Counted from the first letter of the stretch, positions 24,909 to 38,779 are shown. The stretch: 64,000 nucleotides of DNA from Escherichia coli (GCF_003334815.1 NZ_QOWO01000008.1); one strand, 5' to 3'. Notes: a model not told the origin generated them from the sequence alone. A program made the numbers and translations.

Positions 24909-25778
24909 ATGAATATGCTGGAAAAAATCCAGTCTCAGCTGGAACATTTGAGCAAATCAGAGCGCAAAGTTGCCGAGGTCATTCTGGCTTCGCCCGATAA
25001 CGCGATCCATTCGAGTATTGCTGCTATGGCACTGGAAGCCAATGTTAGCGAACCGACGGTGAATCGTTTCTGTCGCAGCATGGACACGCGCGGTTTTCCT
25101 GATTTTAAACTTCATCTGGCACAGAGTCTGGCGAATGGCACTCCCTATGTTAATCGCAATGTCAATGAAGATGACAGCGTTGAATCATACACAGGGAAAA
25201 TATTTGAGTCCGCAATGGCAACGCTTGATCATGTCCGTCATTCACTGGATAAATCTGCCATCAACCGCGCCGTCGACTTGCTCACTCAGGCAAAAAAAAT
25301 CGCCTTTTTCGGATTAGGCTCTTCAGCCGCCGTTGCCCACGATGCGATGAATAAGTTCTTTCGTTTTAATGTTCCGGTGGTGTACTCCGATGATATCGTG
25401 CTGCAACGCATGAGTTGTATGAATTGTAGCGACGGAGACGTGGTGGTGCTGATTTCTCACACTGGAAGAACAAAAAATCTGGTCGAGCTGGCGCAGCTGG
25501 CACGCGAAAACGACGCCATGGTGATTGCCCTCACCTCTGCGGGTACCCCGCTCGCCCGGGAAGCAACGCTGGCAATTACCCTCGACGTACCGGAAGATAC
25601 TGACATTTATATGCCCATGGTTTCTCGACTTGCACAGCTGACCGTGATAGATGTGCTGGCGACAGGATTTACTTTGCGACGCGGTGCAAAATTCAGAGAT
25701 AACTTGAAGCGGGTCAAAGAAGCGCTGAAGGAATCGCGTTTTGATAAGCAGTTACTTAATTTAAGTGACGATCGCTAA
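24909..25778 (+). CDS. hexR: RpiR-family transcriptional regulator HexR (HTH plus SIS domain), 289 aa
   Basis: Full-length [60 protein letters not shown]...; divergent from zwf. Confidence 0.9.
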
Positions 25779-25905
25779 AAACGACTGTCACTGTCCTAAT
25801 CTTATACGACATCCGAATGAGATTAATTTATCGCCATCGCGGCGTTATTTCATTCGGATTTCATGTTCAAGCAACACCTGGTTGTTTCAGTCAACGGAGT
25901 ATTAC

Positions 25906-27348
25906 ATGTCCAGAAGGCTTCGCAGAACAAAAATCGTTACCACGTTAGGCCCAGCAACAGATCGCGATAATAATCTTGAAAAAGTTATCGCGGCGGGTGC
26001 CAACGTTGTACGTATGAACTTTTCTCACGGCTCGCCTGAAGATCACAAAATGCGCGCGGATAAAGTTCGTGAGATTGCCGCAAAACTGGGGCGTCATGTG
26101 GCTATTCTGGGTGACCTCCAGGGGCCCAAAATCCGTGTATCCACCTTTAAAGAAGGCAAAGTTTTCCTCAATATTGGGGATAAATTCCTGCTCGACGCCA
26201 ACCTGGGTAAAGGTGAAGGCGACAAAGAAAAAGTCGGTATCGACTACAAAGGCCTGCCTGCTGACGTCGTGCCTGGTGACATCCTGCTGCTGGACGATGG
26301 TCGCGTCCAGTTAAAAGTACTGGAAGTTCAGGGCATGAAAGTGTTCACCGAAGTCACCGTCGGTGGTCCCCTCTCCAACAATAAAGGTATCAACAAACTT
26401 GGCGGCGGTTTGTCGGCTGAAGCGCTGACCGAAAAAGACAAAGCAGACATTAAGACTGCGGCGTTGATTGGCGTAGATTACCTGGCTGTCTCCTTCCCAC
26501 GCTGTGGCGAAGATCTGAACTATGCCCGTCGCCTGGCACGCGATGCAGGATGTGATGCGAAAATTGTTGCCAAGGTTGAACGTGCGGAAGCCGTTTGCAG
26601 CCAGGATGCAATGGATGACATCATCCTCGCCTCTGACGTGGTAATGGTTGCACGTGGCGACCTCGGTGTGGAAATTGGCGACCCGGAACTGGTCGGCATT
26701 CAGAAAGCGTTGATCCGTCGTGCGCGTCAGCTAAACCGAGCGGTAATCACGGCGACCCAGATGATGGAGTCAATGATTACTAACCCGATGCCGACGCGTG
26801 CAGAAGTCATGGACGTAGCAAACGCCGTTCTGGATGGTACTGACGCTGTGATGCTGTCTGCAGAAACTGCCGCTGGGCAGTATCCGTCAGAAACCGTTGC
26901 AGCCATGGCGCGCGTTTGCCTGGGTGCGGAAAAAATCCCGAGCATCAACGTTTCTAAACACCGTCTGGACGTTCAGTTCGACAATGTGGAAGAAGCTATT
27001 GCCATGTCAGCAATGTACGCAGCTAACCACCTGAAAGGCGTTACGGCGATCATCACCATGACCGAATCGGGTCGTACCGCGCTGATGACCTCCCGTATCA
27101 GCTCTGGTCTGCCAATTTTCGCCATGTCGCGCCATGAACGTACGCTGAACCTGACTGCTCTCTATCGTGGCGTTACGCCGGTGCACTTTGATAGCGCTAA
27201 TGACGGCGTAGCAGCTGCCAGCGAAGCGGTTAATCTGCTGCGCGATAAAGGTTACTTGATGTCTGGTGACCTGGTGATTGTCACCCAGGGCGACGTGATG
27301 AGTACCGTGGGTTCTACTAATACCACGCGTATTTTAACGGTAGAGTAA
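25906..27348 (+). CDS. pykA: Pyruvate kinase II (AMP-activated), 480 aa
   Basis: ORF track 25765..27348 over-extended; known start [42 protein letters not shown] at ATG 25906. Confidence 0.93.
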
Positions 27349-27355
27349 GTACGTT

Positions 27356-27390
27356 GCCGGATGCGGCGAAAACGCCACATCCGGCCTACA
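27356..27390. repeat. REP (repetitive extragenic palindromic) element
   Basis: GCCGGATGCGGCGAAAACGCCACATCCGGCCTACA, the canonical E. coli REP palindrome. Confidence 0.8.
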
Positions 27391-27455
27391 GTTCAATGAT
27401 AGTTCAACAGATTTCGAATATTCTGAAGCAAACTTGAACTTATCATCAGGCGAAG

Positions 27456-27483
27456 GCCTCTCCTCGCGAGAGGCTTTTTTATT
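27456..27483 (+). terminator. Rho-independent terminator of pykA (overlaps lpxM stop codon)
   Basis: GCCTCTC-ctcgc-GAGAGGC followed by TTTTTTATTT. Confidence 0.7.
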
Positions 27484-28450
27484 TGATGGGATAAAGATCT
27501 TTGCGCTTATACGGCTGGATTTCGCCCGGTTTGCGAGTTTTCAGCAATTTTAGTATCCAGGTGTATTGTTCTGGTCGCGGACCAACAAAAATCTCGACTT
27601 CTTCATTCATCCGCCGCGCAATCGTATGATCATCCGCCTCTAACAGATCATCCATCGGTGGGCGCACCTGAATCGTCAGACGATGCGTCTTGCCATCATA
27701 AATCGGAAACAGCGGTACAACGCGCGCACGGCACACTTTCATCAAACGACCAATCGCGGGCAACGTCGCTTTATAGGTGGCAAAGAAATCCACAAATTCG
27801 CTGTGCTCTGGGCCATGATCCTGATCGGGTAAATAATATCCCCAGTACCCCTGACGTACCGACTGGATGAATGGTTTAATACCGTCATTTCTCGCATGCA
27901 GACGACCGCCAAAGCGACGACGCACCGTGTTCCAGACATAATCAAAAACCGGGTTGCCCTGATTATGGAACATCGCTGCCATTTTCTGCCCTTGCGAGGC
28001 CATCAGCATGGCAGGAATATCGACGGCCCAACCGTGCGGCACCAGAAAGATAACTTTCTCGTTATTACGCCGCATCTCTTCGATGATCTCCAGCCCTTGC
28101 CAGTCAACGCGCGGCTGAATTTTCTCCGGCCCGCGTATTGCCAACTCAGCCATCATTGCCATCGCTTGCGGCGCGGTGGCAAACATCTCATCAACAATCG
28201 CTTCGCGTTCAGCTTCACTACGTTCTGGAAAGCAGAGCGACAGATTGATTAACGCACGACGGCGTGAGCTTTTTCCCAGTCGTCCGGCAAAACGTCCCAG
28301 CCGTGCCAGAATGGGATCACGGAACTTTGGCGGCGTTAAAGCGATACCCGCCATCGCTGCTACGCCCAGCCATGCTCCCCAGTAGCGCGGGTGGCGAAAG
28401 GATTTATCAAACTCAGGAATGTATTCGCTATTATTTTTTTTCGTTTCCAT
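27479..28450 (-). CDS. lpxM: Lipid A biosynthesis myristoyltransferase LpxM (MsbB), 323 aa
   Basis: Full-length [59 protein letters not shown]... Confidence 0.92.
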
Positions 28451-28521
28451 GCTTTTCCAGTTTCGGATAAGGCAAAAATCAATCTGGTGATAGTGTAGCG
28501 GCGCAACTTGCCCCGCACCAA

Positions 28522-28554
28522 ATAAAAAAAGCCGGTACTGACTGCGTACCGGCT
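28522..28554 (-). terminator. Rho-independent terminator downstream of mepM
   Basis: Minus strand: GCCGGTAC-gcagtca-GTACCGGC followed by TTTTTTTATTT. Confidence 0.7.
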
Positions 28555-28569
28555 GCGAATGGATGTTAA

Positions 28570-29892
28570 TTAATCAAACCGTAGCTGCGGCACAATCTCT
28601 TTGGCCTGCGCCAGGAATTCGCGACGATCGGAGCCGGTCAGCCCTTCGGTACGCGGCAGTTTTGCCGTCAGCGGGTTTACGGCCTGCTGGTTTATCCATA
28701 CTTCATAGTGCAGATGCGGCCCGGTTGAACGTCCGGTATTACCGGAAAGCGCGATACGGTCGCCACGTTTCACCTTCTGTCCCGGTTTCACCAGAATCTT
28801 GCGCAAGTGCATATAACGCGTGGTGTAGCTGCGACCATGACGAATAGCCACATAATAACCTGCTGCGCCACTGCGTTTGGCAACCACCACTTCACCGTCA
28901 CCCACTGAAAGCACTGGCGTACCCTGCGGCATGGCGAAATCAACACCTCTGTGTGGTGCAACGCGACCGGTCACCGGATTAGTACGACGCGGGTTAAAGT
29001 TAGACGAGATACGGAACTGTTTCGCCGTCGGGAATCGCAAGAATCCTTTCGCCAGACCAGTACCGTTACGATCGTAGAATTTGCCATCTTCAGCGCGGAT
29101 AGCGTAATAATCTTTACCTTCTGAACGCAAACGTACGCCCAGCAGCTGGCTTTGCTCACGTTTACCATCAAGCATTTCTCGAGACATTAACACCGCAAAT
29201 TCATCGCCTTTTTTCAGTTTGCGGAAATCCATTTGCCACTGCATGGCTTTAATCACTGCGCTCACTTCGGCGCTGGTTAAACCGGCGTTTCTGGCGCTGG
29301 CAACAAAGCTTCCCCCGACGGTACCTTTCAGCAGATTGTTAACCCACTCTCCTTGCTGCATTTCGCTGGTCATTTTAAAACCGTTAGCGGCAGTACGGTC
29401 ATAGGTTCGGGTTTCACGACGAGACACTTCCCAGGTGAGGCGCTGCAGTTCGCCGTCCGCGGTTAATGTCCAGGAGAGTTGTTGACCGATTTTCAGGTTA
29501 CGCAATTCTTTGTCGGCCGCAGCCAGTTGGGTGATATCACCCATATCAATACCATACTGATTGAGAATGCTGCTTAGCGTATCGCCAGTGGAAACAACAT
29601 ATTCATGCACGCCCGCTTCACCGGCGATTTTGTCATCCAGTTCGTCCTGGGGAATGGCTTCATCTTCTTGTGCAGCTTGATCAATCGGCTCACTGGCTTC
29701 AGGTAAGAGCGAACGAATTTCGTTCTGTTCCAGCTCAATGGTTTTGACAATTGGCGTGGCATCACGGTGATAAACATAAGGCCGCCAGACAGCGACGGCC
29801 AGAGTAAGAACGGTGAGCGACCCCAACATAACGCGGTGTGGTCGCGGTAAATTATTAAACGCCAGGGCGACAGAGCGGGCTATCTGTTGCAC
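28570..29892 (-). CDS. mepM: Murein DD-endopeptidase MepM (YebA; LysM plus M23 peptidase), 440 aa
   Basis: Full-length [43 protein letters not shown]...; M23 signature HxxxD...HLHYE near C-terminus. Confidence 0.92.
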
Positions 29893-29907
29893 GTAATCAC
29901 TTCCTCA

Positions 29908-30840
29908 TTAATCTCCTTTCAGGCAGCTCGCATACTGGTTGGCTAATTGACTCAGGAATTCTGAATAGCTTGTTTTACCCAGTTTGATATTCGTCCCCAG
30001 GGGATCCAACGTTCCCATACGAACGGATGTCCCTCGTGCGACGCTCTCAACGACCGCTGGCCTGAACTGTGGCTCAGCAAAAACGCAGGTTACTTTTTGC
30101 TCAACCAACTGTGTTCTTATTTCATGTAAACGCTGCGCGCCAGGTTGAATCTCAGGGTTAACGGTAAAATGACCAAGCGGTGTCAGTCCAAACTGTTTTT
30201 CGAAATAGCCGTAAGCATCGTGAAAAACGAAATAACCTTTCCCCTTGAGCGGCGCGAGCTCGTTACCAACCTGCGTTTCGGTTGAGGCTAATTGTGCCTC
30301 AAAATCCTTCAGGTTGGCGTCAAGTTTGGCTCGACTTTGCGGCATAAGTTCCACTAATTTTCCATGGATTGCAACCGCTGTAGCCCGCGCTATCTCTGGG
30401 GAAAGCCAAAGATGCATGTTGAAATCGCCGTGATGGTGATCTTCGTCACTTTTTTCCGCGTGGTCGTGATCATCATCATCGCCGTGAATACTTTTCATCA
30501 GTAGCGGTTTCACATCTTCAAGCTGCGCAATCGTTACCTGCTTCGCTCCTGGTAATTTGCTTACCGGTTTTTGCATAAACGCTTCCATCTCCGGGCCAAC
30601 CCAAACGACTAAGTCCGCGTTCTGTAAGCGTTTTACATCCGATGGGCGCAGTGAATAATCATGTTCTGAAGCGCCGTCAGGAAGTAAAACCTCTGTTTCT
30701 GTTACCCCATCAGCAATGGCAGAAGCGATGAACCCAACGGGTTTAAGCGAAGCGACAACGGCGGCATCTGCGGCCTGTGTTGCACCTCCCCAGAGAGCGG
30801 CGGATAATGCTGCGAAAAGAAGCGTTTTTTTATGTAACAT
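29908..30840 (-). CDS. znuA: High-affinity zinc ABC transporter periplasmic binding protein ZnuA, 310 aa
   Basis: ORF track 29908..30966 over-extended; known start [26 protein letters not shown] at ATG 30838-30840; His/Asp-rich loop [25 protein letters not shown]. Confidence 0.93.
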
Positions 30841-30870
30841 AATGCGACCAATAATCGTAATGAATATGAG

Positions 30871-30892
30871 AAGTGTGATATTATAACATTTC
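30871..30892. promoter_or_regulatory. Zur box in the divergent znuA / znuCB promoter region
   Basis: AAGTGTGATATTATAACATTTC, an AT-rich palindrome matching the Zur operator (GAAATGTTATAATATCACACTT on the other strand), within the 78-bp intergenic region. Confidence 0.8.
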
Positions 30893-30918
30893 ATGACTAC
30901 TGCAAGACTAAAATTAAC

Positions 30919-31674
30919 ATGACAAGTCTGGTTTCCCTGGAAAATGTCTCGGTTTCTTTTGGCCAACGCCGCGTCCTCTCTGATGTGTCGCTGGAACTTA
31001 AACCTGGAAAAATTTTGACTTTACTTGGGCCAAATGGCGCAGGTAAGTCGACACTGGTACGGGTAGTGCTCGGGCTGGTAACACCCGATGAAGGGGTTAT
31101 CAAGCGCAACGGAAAACTGCGCATCGGCTATGTACCGCAGAAGCTGTATCTCGACACCACGTTGCCACTGACCGTAAACCGTTTTTTACGCTTACGCCCT
31201 GGTACACATAAAGAAGATATTTTGCCTGCACTGAAACGTGTCCAGGCCGGGCACCTGATTAACGCACCGATGCAAAAGCTCTCTGGTGGCGAAACGCAGC
31301 GTGTACTATTAGCGCGAGCATTGTTAAATCGCCCGCAATTATTAGTGCTGGATGAACCCACTCAAGGCGTGGATGTAAATGGCCAGGTGGCGTTATATGA
31401 CCTTATTGACCAACTGCGTCGTGAACTGGATTGTGGCGTTTTAATGGTTTCTCACGATCTGCATCTGGTGATGGCAAAAACCGATGAAGTGCTGTGCCTG
31501 AATCACCACATTTGTTGTTCCGGCACACCGGAAGTTGTTTCCCTGCATCCGGAGTTTATTTCAATGTTTGGTCCTCGTGGTGCTGAACAACTGGGTATCT
31601 ATCGCCATCATCATAACCATCGTCACGATTTACAGGGACGAATTGTTTTGCGTCGGGGAAATGATCGCTCATGA
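30919..31674 (+). CDS. znuC: Zinc ABC transporter ATP-binding protein ZnuC, 251 aa
   Basis: Full-length ORF with Walker [13 protein letters not shown] signature LSGGETQR and Walker B LLVLDEP. Confidence 0.95.
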
Positions 31675-32456
31675 TTGAATTATTATTTCCCGGTTGGTTA
31701 GCCGGGATCATGCTCGCCTGTGCCGCGGGTCCGCTGGGTTCGTTTGTAGTCTGGCGTCGTATGTCTTATTTCGGTGATACGCTGGCTCATGCCTCATTAC
31801 TTGGCGTCGCGTTTGGTTTGTTGCTGGACGTGAATCCATTCTATGCGGTGATTGCCGTTACGCTGCTGCTGGCGGGCGGTCTGGTATGGCTGGAGAAGCG
31901 TCCACAGCTGGCGATCGACACGTTATTAGGGATTATGGCGCACAGTGCCCTGTCGCTGGGCCTGGTGGTCGTGAGTCTGATGTCTAATATTCGTGTTGAT
32001 TTGATGGCTTACCTGTTCGGTGATTTGCTGGCAGTGACGCCAGAAGATCTCATCTCTATTGCGATTGGCGTGGTCATCGTGGTGGCTATTTTGTTCTGGC
32101 AATGGCGCAATTTGCTGTCAATGACGATAAGCCCGGATCTGGCGTTTGTTGATGGTGTGAAATTACAGCGAGTGAAATTGTTGTTGATGCTGGTGACGGC
32201 ATTGACGATTGGTGTAGCGATGAAATTTGTCGGTGCGTTGATTATTACTTCGTTGCTGATTATTCCTGCTGCTACTGCGCGTCGCTTTGCCCGCACGCCG
32301 GAACAGATGGCTGGTGTCGCTGTTTTGGTGGGGATGGTGGCAGTGACTGGCGGTTTAACCTTTTCCGCGGTTTACGATACGCCGGCGGGTCCGTCGGTGG
32401 TGCTATGTGCGGCACTGTTATTTATTCTCAGTATGATGAAAAAGCAGGCCAGCTAA
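31671..32456 (+). CDS. znuB: Zinc ABC transporter permease ZnuB, 261 aa
   Basis: Full-length polytopic [39 protein letters not shown]...; 4-bp overlap with znuC. Confidence 0.95.
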
Positions 32457-32475
32457 TCTATCGCTGAACACATTT

Positions 32476-33616
<1,141 letters not shown>

Positions 33617-33621
33617 TTACC

Positions 33622-34233
33622 TCATAACGCGGCGCGTAGGGCTTCGCGAATTAAAGTTTCACTGCTGGCGTCAGGGCGAGCGATTTTGCTCACCATGCGG
33701 CTTGCTTCTTGTGGTTTATAGCCCAGCGCCACCAGCGCGGCAACCGCTTCTTGTTCAGCATCGTCGGTCGCCGGGCTGGCAGGAGACGTGAGTACCAGGT
33801 CGGCGGCTGGCGTAAAGAGATCGCCATGCAAACCTTTAAATCGGTCTTTCATTTCAACAATCAAGCGTTCGGCGGTTTTTTTGCCAATACCCGGCAGTTT
33901 CACCAGTGCCCCCACTTCTTCACGCTCAACGGCATTAACGAACTGCTGCGCTGACATTCCGGAGAGGATCGCCAGCGCCAACTTCGGGCCGACGCCGTTG
34001 GTTTTGATCAACTCTTTGAACAATGTGCGCTCTTGTTTATTGTTAAAACCGTACAGCAGTTGCGCGTCTTCACGCACCACAAAGTGGGTGAAAACGATCG
34101 CTTCCTGACCCGCTTCAGGGAGTTCATAAAAACAGGTCATCGGCATATGCACTTCATAGCCTACGCCGCCCACTTCAATTAACACCAGCGGGGGTTGTTT
34201 TTCAATGATGATGCCTCTGAGTCTGCCTATCAC
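33622..34233 (-). CDS. ruvA: Holliday junction DNA-binding protein RuvA, 203 aa
   Basis: Full-length [66 protein letters not shown]... Confidence 0.96.
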   Translation of the reverse strand: MIGRLRGIIIEKQPPLVLIEVGGVGYEVHMPMTCFYELPEAGQEAIVFTHFVVREDAQLLYGFNNKQERTLFKELIKTNGVGPKLALAILSGMSAQQFVNAVEREEVGALVKLPGIGKKTAERLIVEMKDRFKGLHGDLFTPAADLVLTSPASPATDDAEQEAVAALVALGYKPQEASRMVSKIARPDASSETLIREALRAAL

Positions 34234-34284
34234 ATGACGCTCCTGCGTAATGAATCAAAGATAATGCTGTATGATAAAAAAATG

Positions 34285-34300
34285 CTGGATAGATATCCAG
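34285..34300 (-). promoter_or_regulatory. LexA (SOS) box of ruvAB promoter
   Basis: CTGGATAGATATCCAG, a perfect palindrome about 50-65 bp upstream of ruvA; matches the remembered ruvAB SOS box (CTGG variant). Confidence 0.75.
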
Positions 34301-34507
34301 CGAAGGATGAAGAAAACTTGCGAGGTGTCTCGATGAACTGAAAAATGGCACAGTATAATTTATTCTACAGGTTATATTGGAAGCAAATATTTTAATATTA
34401 CATATTCAGTGAAGAAATGCGTAATAAAAATATACATTGCGCCTCCTGAAAAAATAAATTTTTTATGCTATTACGTATATTTGTATCTATTTCAATGGAA
34501 TGACAAC

Positions 34508-35110
34508 GTGAATATTAATTACCCTGCTGAATATGAAATTGGAGATATCGTCTTTACATGTATAGGTGCTGCCTTATTTGGTCAAATATCAGCTGCATCA
34601 AATTGCTGGAGTAATCACGTCGGGATCATTATCGGTCATAACGGTGAAGACTTCCTGGTTGCAGAAAGCCGGGTTCCCCTTTCAACCATCACCACGCTAT
34701 CTCGTTTTATTAAACGTTCGTCTAATCAACGCTATGCTATAAAGCGATTAGACGCTGGGCTGACAGAACGACAAAAACAACGAATTGTTGAACAGGTTCC
34801 CTCCCGGCTACGCAAACTTTACCACACCGGTTTTAAATACGAATCTTCGCGCCAGTTCTGTTCAAAATTTGTTTTTGATATTTATAAAGAAGCGCTATGT
34901 ATTCCGGTGGGTGAAATAGAGACGTTTGGAGAATTGTTAAATAGCAATCCGAATGCAAAACTCACTTTCTGGAAATTCTGGTTCCTGGGTTCTATTCCGT
35001 GGGAGCGTAAAACCGTCACGCCAGCCAGTTTGTGGCATCATCCGGGTTTGGTGTTGATTCATGCGGAGGGAGTGGAAACGCCTCAGCCGGAACTGACCGA
35101 GGCGGTATAA
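34508..35110 (+). CDS. yebB: Uncharacterised protein YebB (DUF830 / permuted papain-like fold family), about 200 aa; start uncertain
   Basis: ORF track 34409..35110 (233 aa, starts on GTG); the translation has no Met codon, so the start must be GTG or TTG; GTG at 34508 gives a 200-aa product [18 protein letters not shown]... consistent with my memory of the K-12 annotation. Confidence 0.65.
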
Positions 35111-35111
35111 C

Positions 35112-35633
35112 TTAACGCAGTCGCCCTCTCGCCAGGTTCAGCCGCGATTCGCTCATCTGCATCGCATTCTGACTAACGTGGCAGTGGGTGATAGCAATCG
35201 CCAGCGCATCGGCGGCATCCGCCTGTGGATTAGCGGGCAGTTTCAGCAAGGTGCGGACCATATGCTGCACCTGGCTTTTTTCGGCACTGCCAATACCTAC
35301 CACCGTTTGCTTTACCTGACGTGCCGCGTATTCAAATACTGGCAACTCCTGATTCACCGCCGCCACAATCGCCACGCCGCGCGCCTGGCCCAGTTTCAGG
35401 GCTGAGTCAGCGTTCTTTGCCATAAAGACTTGTTCAATGGCGAAATAATCAGGCTGGAACTGGGTGATGATTTCCGTCACGCCCGCATAGATGAGTTTCA
35501 GACGAGACGGTAAATCATCCACTTTGGTGCGGATGCATCCGCTACCCAGGTAGGACAGTTGCCTACCTACCTGGCGGATGACGCCGTAGCCGGTCACGCG
35601 CGAACCCGGATCAATGCCGAGAATAATAGCCAT
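35112..35633 (-). CDS. ruvC: Holliday junction resolvase RuvC, 173 aa
   Basis: Known start [18 protein letters not shown] (RNase H-like fold) at ATG 35631-35633. Confidence 0.95.
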
Positions 35634-35667
35634 CACGCGTCTCCGTTTTGCTGTTTAGCAGGCCTCA

Positions 35668-36408
35668 TCAGAGAGTCGCTGCGACCTCATCAGAGATTTC
35701 ACCGTTATGGTAAACTTCCTGCACGTCGTCGCAATCTTCCAGCATATCGATCAGACGCATCAGTTTCGGTGCGGTTTCTGCATCCATATCAGCTTTGGTA
35801 GACGGGATCATGGAAACTTCCGCGCTGTCTGCTTTCAGACCTGCCGCTTCCAGAGCGTCGCGCACTTTACCCATTTCTTCCCATGCAGTGTAGACATCAA
35901 TCGCGCCGTCATCATAGGTCACAACGTCTTCAGCACCTGCTTCCAGTGCTGCTTCCATGATGGTGTCTTCATCGCCTTTCTCGAAGGAGATCACGCCTTT
36001 TTTGCTGAACAGATAGGCAACGGAACCATCAGTACCGAGGTTACCGCCACATTTGCTAAATGCATGACGCACTTCAGCAACGGTACGGTTGCGGTTGTCA
36101 GACAGACATTCAATCATGATTGCCGTGCCGCCAGGACCGTAACCTTCGTAGATGATGGTTTCCATGTTTGCATCATCATCACCGCCCACACCACGTGCAA
36201 TTGCGCGGTTCAGTGTGTCACGGGTCATGTTGTTAGACAGTGCTTTATCCACCGCCGCACGCAGACGCGGGTTAGCGTCCGGATCGCCACCGCCCAGCTT
36301 AGCCGCGGTTACCAGCTCACGAATGATTTTAGTGAAGATTTTACCGCGCTTAGCATCCTGCGCAGCTTTACGATGTCTGGTGTTGGCCCATTTACTATGA
36401 CCTGCCAT
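35668..36408 (-). CDS. yebC: YebC/PmpR-family (TACO1-like) probable transcriptional/translational regulator, 246 aa
   Basis: Full-length [53 protein letters not shown]... Confidence 0.92.
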
Positions 36409-36436
36409 AAAAATATCTCCAGATAGCCCTGCCTGT

Positions 36437-36889
36437 TCAGGCAGCGTTAATTACAAACTGTTCAATCGCCTGCCGGTTGCTCCAGGACTTAGTGAGCGCC
36501 GCCGCAGCAGGCGCATCAAGCCACTTGTAAGCCAGATGTTCAGTGAAAACGATCTGCCGCTCGTGCGGAAGCGCAAGACAGAACCATGATTCCGTATTAC
36601 GCGTCACGCCCGGCGCATAGCGATGACGTAAATGTGAAAAAATTTCAAACTCTACCGTGCGCTGACAGTCAATTAAGGTCAGTTGTTCAGCGACAACATC
36701 AATGGTGACCTCTTCCTTTACTTCGCGCATGGCAGCTTGCGGCGCGGTTTCACCCTCTTCCACGCTGCCGGTTACCGACTGCCAGAAATCGGGATCGTCA
36801 CGCCGCTGCAACATCAGCACCCGTTTCGTATCTTGTGCGTAGATGACCACTAAGATCGAAACGGGACGCTTATACACTTTATCCTTCAC
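36437..36889 (-). CDS. nudB: Dihydroneopterin triphosphate diphosphatase NudB (Nudix), 150 aa
   Basis: ORF track 36437..36946 over-extended; known product begins [17 protein letters not shown] from GTG at 36887-36889; Nudix box [21 protein letters not shown]. Confidence 0.85.
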
Positions 36890-37006
36890 GCTGCCTCTTC
36901 GTTGACTGCCTTCGCTCATCCCATTCACATAGTTATCTATGCTCATGGGAGTTCACTCAGTTGCCGCCTCGATGCAACGCGAATGATTTCGTGTATTTGA
37001 GTCATA

Positions 37007-38779
37007 TCAGTTATTCTCAGCCTTCTTCACAACCTGAATGCTCAGCTCAGCCAGTGCAGTCGGGTTAGCAAAGCTCGGTGCTTCAGTCATCAGACACGCT
37101 GCCGCCGTGGTTTTCGGGAAGGCGATAACGTCACGGATATTGTCGGTGCCGGTCAGCAGCATGGTCAGACGGTCAAGACCGAATGCCAGACCTGCGTGCG
37201 GCGGAGTACCGTATTTCAGAGCGTCGAGCAGGAAGCCGAATTTCTCGCGCTGTTCCTCTTCGTTGATACCCAGAATACCAAACACCGTCTGCTGCATATC
37301 ACCATTATGGATACGTACTGAACCACCGCCCACTTCGTAACCATTGATGACCATATCGTAAGCGTTCGCCACCGCATTTTCCGGTGCAGCTTTCAGTTCT
37401 GCAGCCGTCATATCTTTCGGTGAGGTGAACGGATGGTGCATTGCCGTCAGGCCGCCTTCACCGTCGTCTTCAAACATCGGGAAGTCGATAACCCACAGCG
37501 GTGCCCATTTGCTTTCGTCGGTCAGACCAAGGTCTTTACCCACTTTCAGGCGCAGTGCACCCATCGCGTCGGCAACAATTTTCTTGTTGTCGGCACCGAA
37601 GAAAATCATATCGCCATCTTGCGCGGCAGTACGATCCAGGATGTCTTCGATGATTTCTGCATTAAGGAACTTCGCTACCGGGCTGTTGATACCTTCCAGA
37701 CCTTTCGCGCGTTCGTTAACTTTGATGTAAGCCAGACCTTTCGCGCCGTAGATTTTAACGAAGTTACCGTATTCGTCGATCTGCTTACGGGTCAGCGATG
37801 CGCCGCCCGGAACGCGCAGAGCCGCTACGCGACCTTTCGGATCGTTCGCCGGACCTGCAAATACAGCAAACTCAACAGATTTCAGCAGATCAGCAACGTC
37901 AGTCAGTTCCATCGGGTTACGCAGATCCGGTTTATCAGAACCATAACGGCGTTCTGCTTCCGCAAAGGTCATTACCGGGAAATCGCCCAGATCCACACCC
38001 TTCACTTCCAGCCACAGATGACGCACCAGCGCTTCCATCACTTCACGCACTTGCGGCGCGGTCATGAAAGAAGTTTCCACATCGATCTGAGTAAATTCAG
38101 GCTGACGGTCAGCACGCAGGTCTTCGTCACGGAAGCATTTAACGATCTGATAGTAACGGTCAAAACCGGACATCATCAGCAGCTGTTTGAACAACTGCGG
38201 GGATTGCGGCAGTGCGTAGAATTTACCTTTGTGCACACGAGAAGGCACCAGGTAGTCACGCGCGCCTTCCGGCGTGGCTTTGGTCAGCATCGGAGTTTCG
38301 ATGTCGAGGAAGCCGTGGTCATCCATAAAACGGCGCACCAGGCTGGTGATTTTAGCGCGGGTTTTCAGGCGCTGAGCCATTTCCGGACGACGCAGGTCGA
38401 GGTAGCGGTATTTCAGACGCGCTTCTTCGGTGTTGACGTGGTTAGAGTCAAGCGGCAGAACATCTGCGCGGTTGATGATAGTCAGCGAGGACGCCAGCAC
38501 TTCGATTTCGCCGGTCGCCATATCGCGGTTAATATTTTTTTCGTCACGCGCACGTACGGTGCCCGTGACCTGAATGCAGAACTCATTACGCAGTTCAGAG
38601 GCCAGCTTTAACGCGTCCGCACGATCCGGATCGAAAAATACCTGCACGATACCTTCGCGGTCGCGCATATCGATGAAGATCAGGCTACCAAGATCACGAC
38701 GACGGTTGACCCAACCACACAGAGTCACCTGCTGCCCCACGTGGGACAAACGGAGCTGTCCACAATATTCTGTACGCAT
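37007..38779 (-). CDS. aspS: Aspartate--tRNA ligase, 590 aa
   Basis: Full-length [54 protein letters not shown]... with class II aaRS motifs. Confidence 0.96.
   Translation of the reverse strand: MRTEYCGQLRLSHVGQQVTLCGWVNRRRDLGSLIFIDMRDREGIVQVFFDPDRADALKLASELRNEFCIQVTGTVRARDEKNINRDMATGEIEVLASSLTIINRADVLPLDSNHVNTEEARLKYRYLDLRRPEMAQRLKTRAKITSLVRRFMDDHGFLDIETPMLTKATPEGARDYLVPSRVHKGKFYALPQSPQLFKQLLMMSGFDRYYQIVKCFRDEDLRADRQPEFTQIDVETSFMTAPQVREVMEALVRHLWLEVKGVDLGDFPVMTFAEAERRYGSDKPDLRNPMELTDVADLLKSVEFAVFAGPANDPKGRVAALRVPGGASLTRKQIDEYGNFVKIYGAKGLAYIKVNERAKGLEGINSPVAKFLNAEIIEDILDRTAAQDGDMIFFGADNKKIVADAMGALRLKVGKDLGLTDESKWAPLWVIDFPMFEDDGEGGLTAMHHPFTSPKDMTAAELKAAPENAVANAYDMVINGYEVGGGSVRIHNGDMQQTVFGILGINEEEQREKFGFLLDALKYGTPPHAGLAFGLDRLTMLLTGTDNIRDVIAFPKTTAAACLMTEAPSFANPTALAELSIQVVKKAENN

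Noticed and set aside
34234-34507. Possible very small ORFs in the ruvA-yebB spacer (for example a 16-codon ATG ORF encoding [16 protein letters not shown])
   Set aside because: I recall that a tiny annotated protein (yobI) exists somewhere near here in K-12, but I cannot match its sequence from memory and these ORFs have no clear ribosome-binding sites; not callable from sequence alone.
35707-36426. 239-aa plus-strand ORF
   Set aside because: Antisense to yebC; Cys/His/Phe-rich nonsense composition.
37433-38611. 392-aa plus-strand ORF
   Set aside because: Entirely antisense to aspS, with a low-complexity translation of unusual composition; typical shadow ORF of a highly expressed, codon-biased gene.
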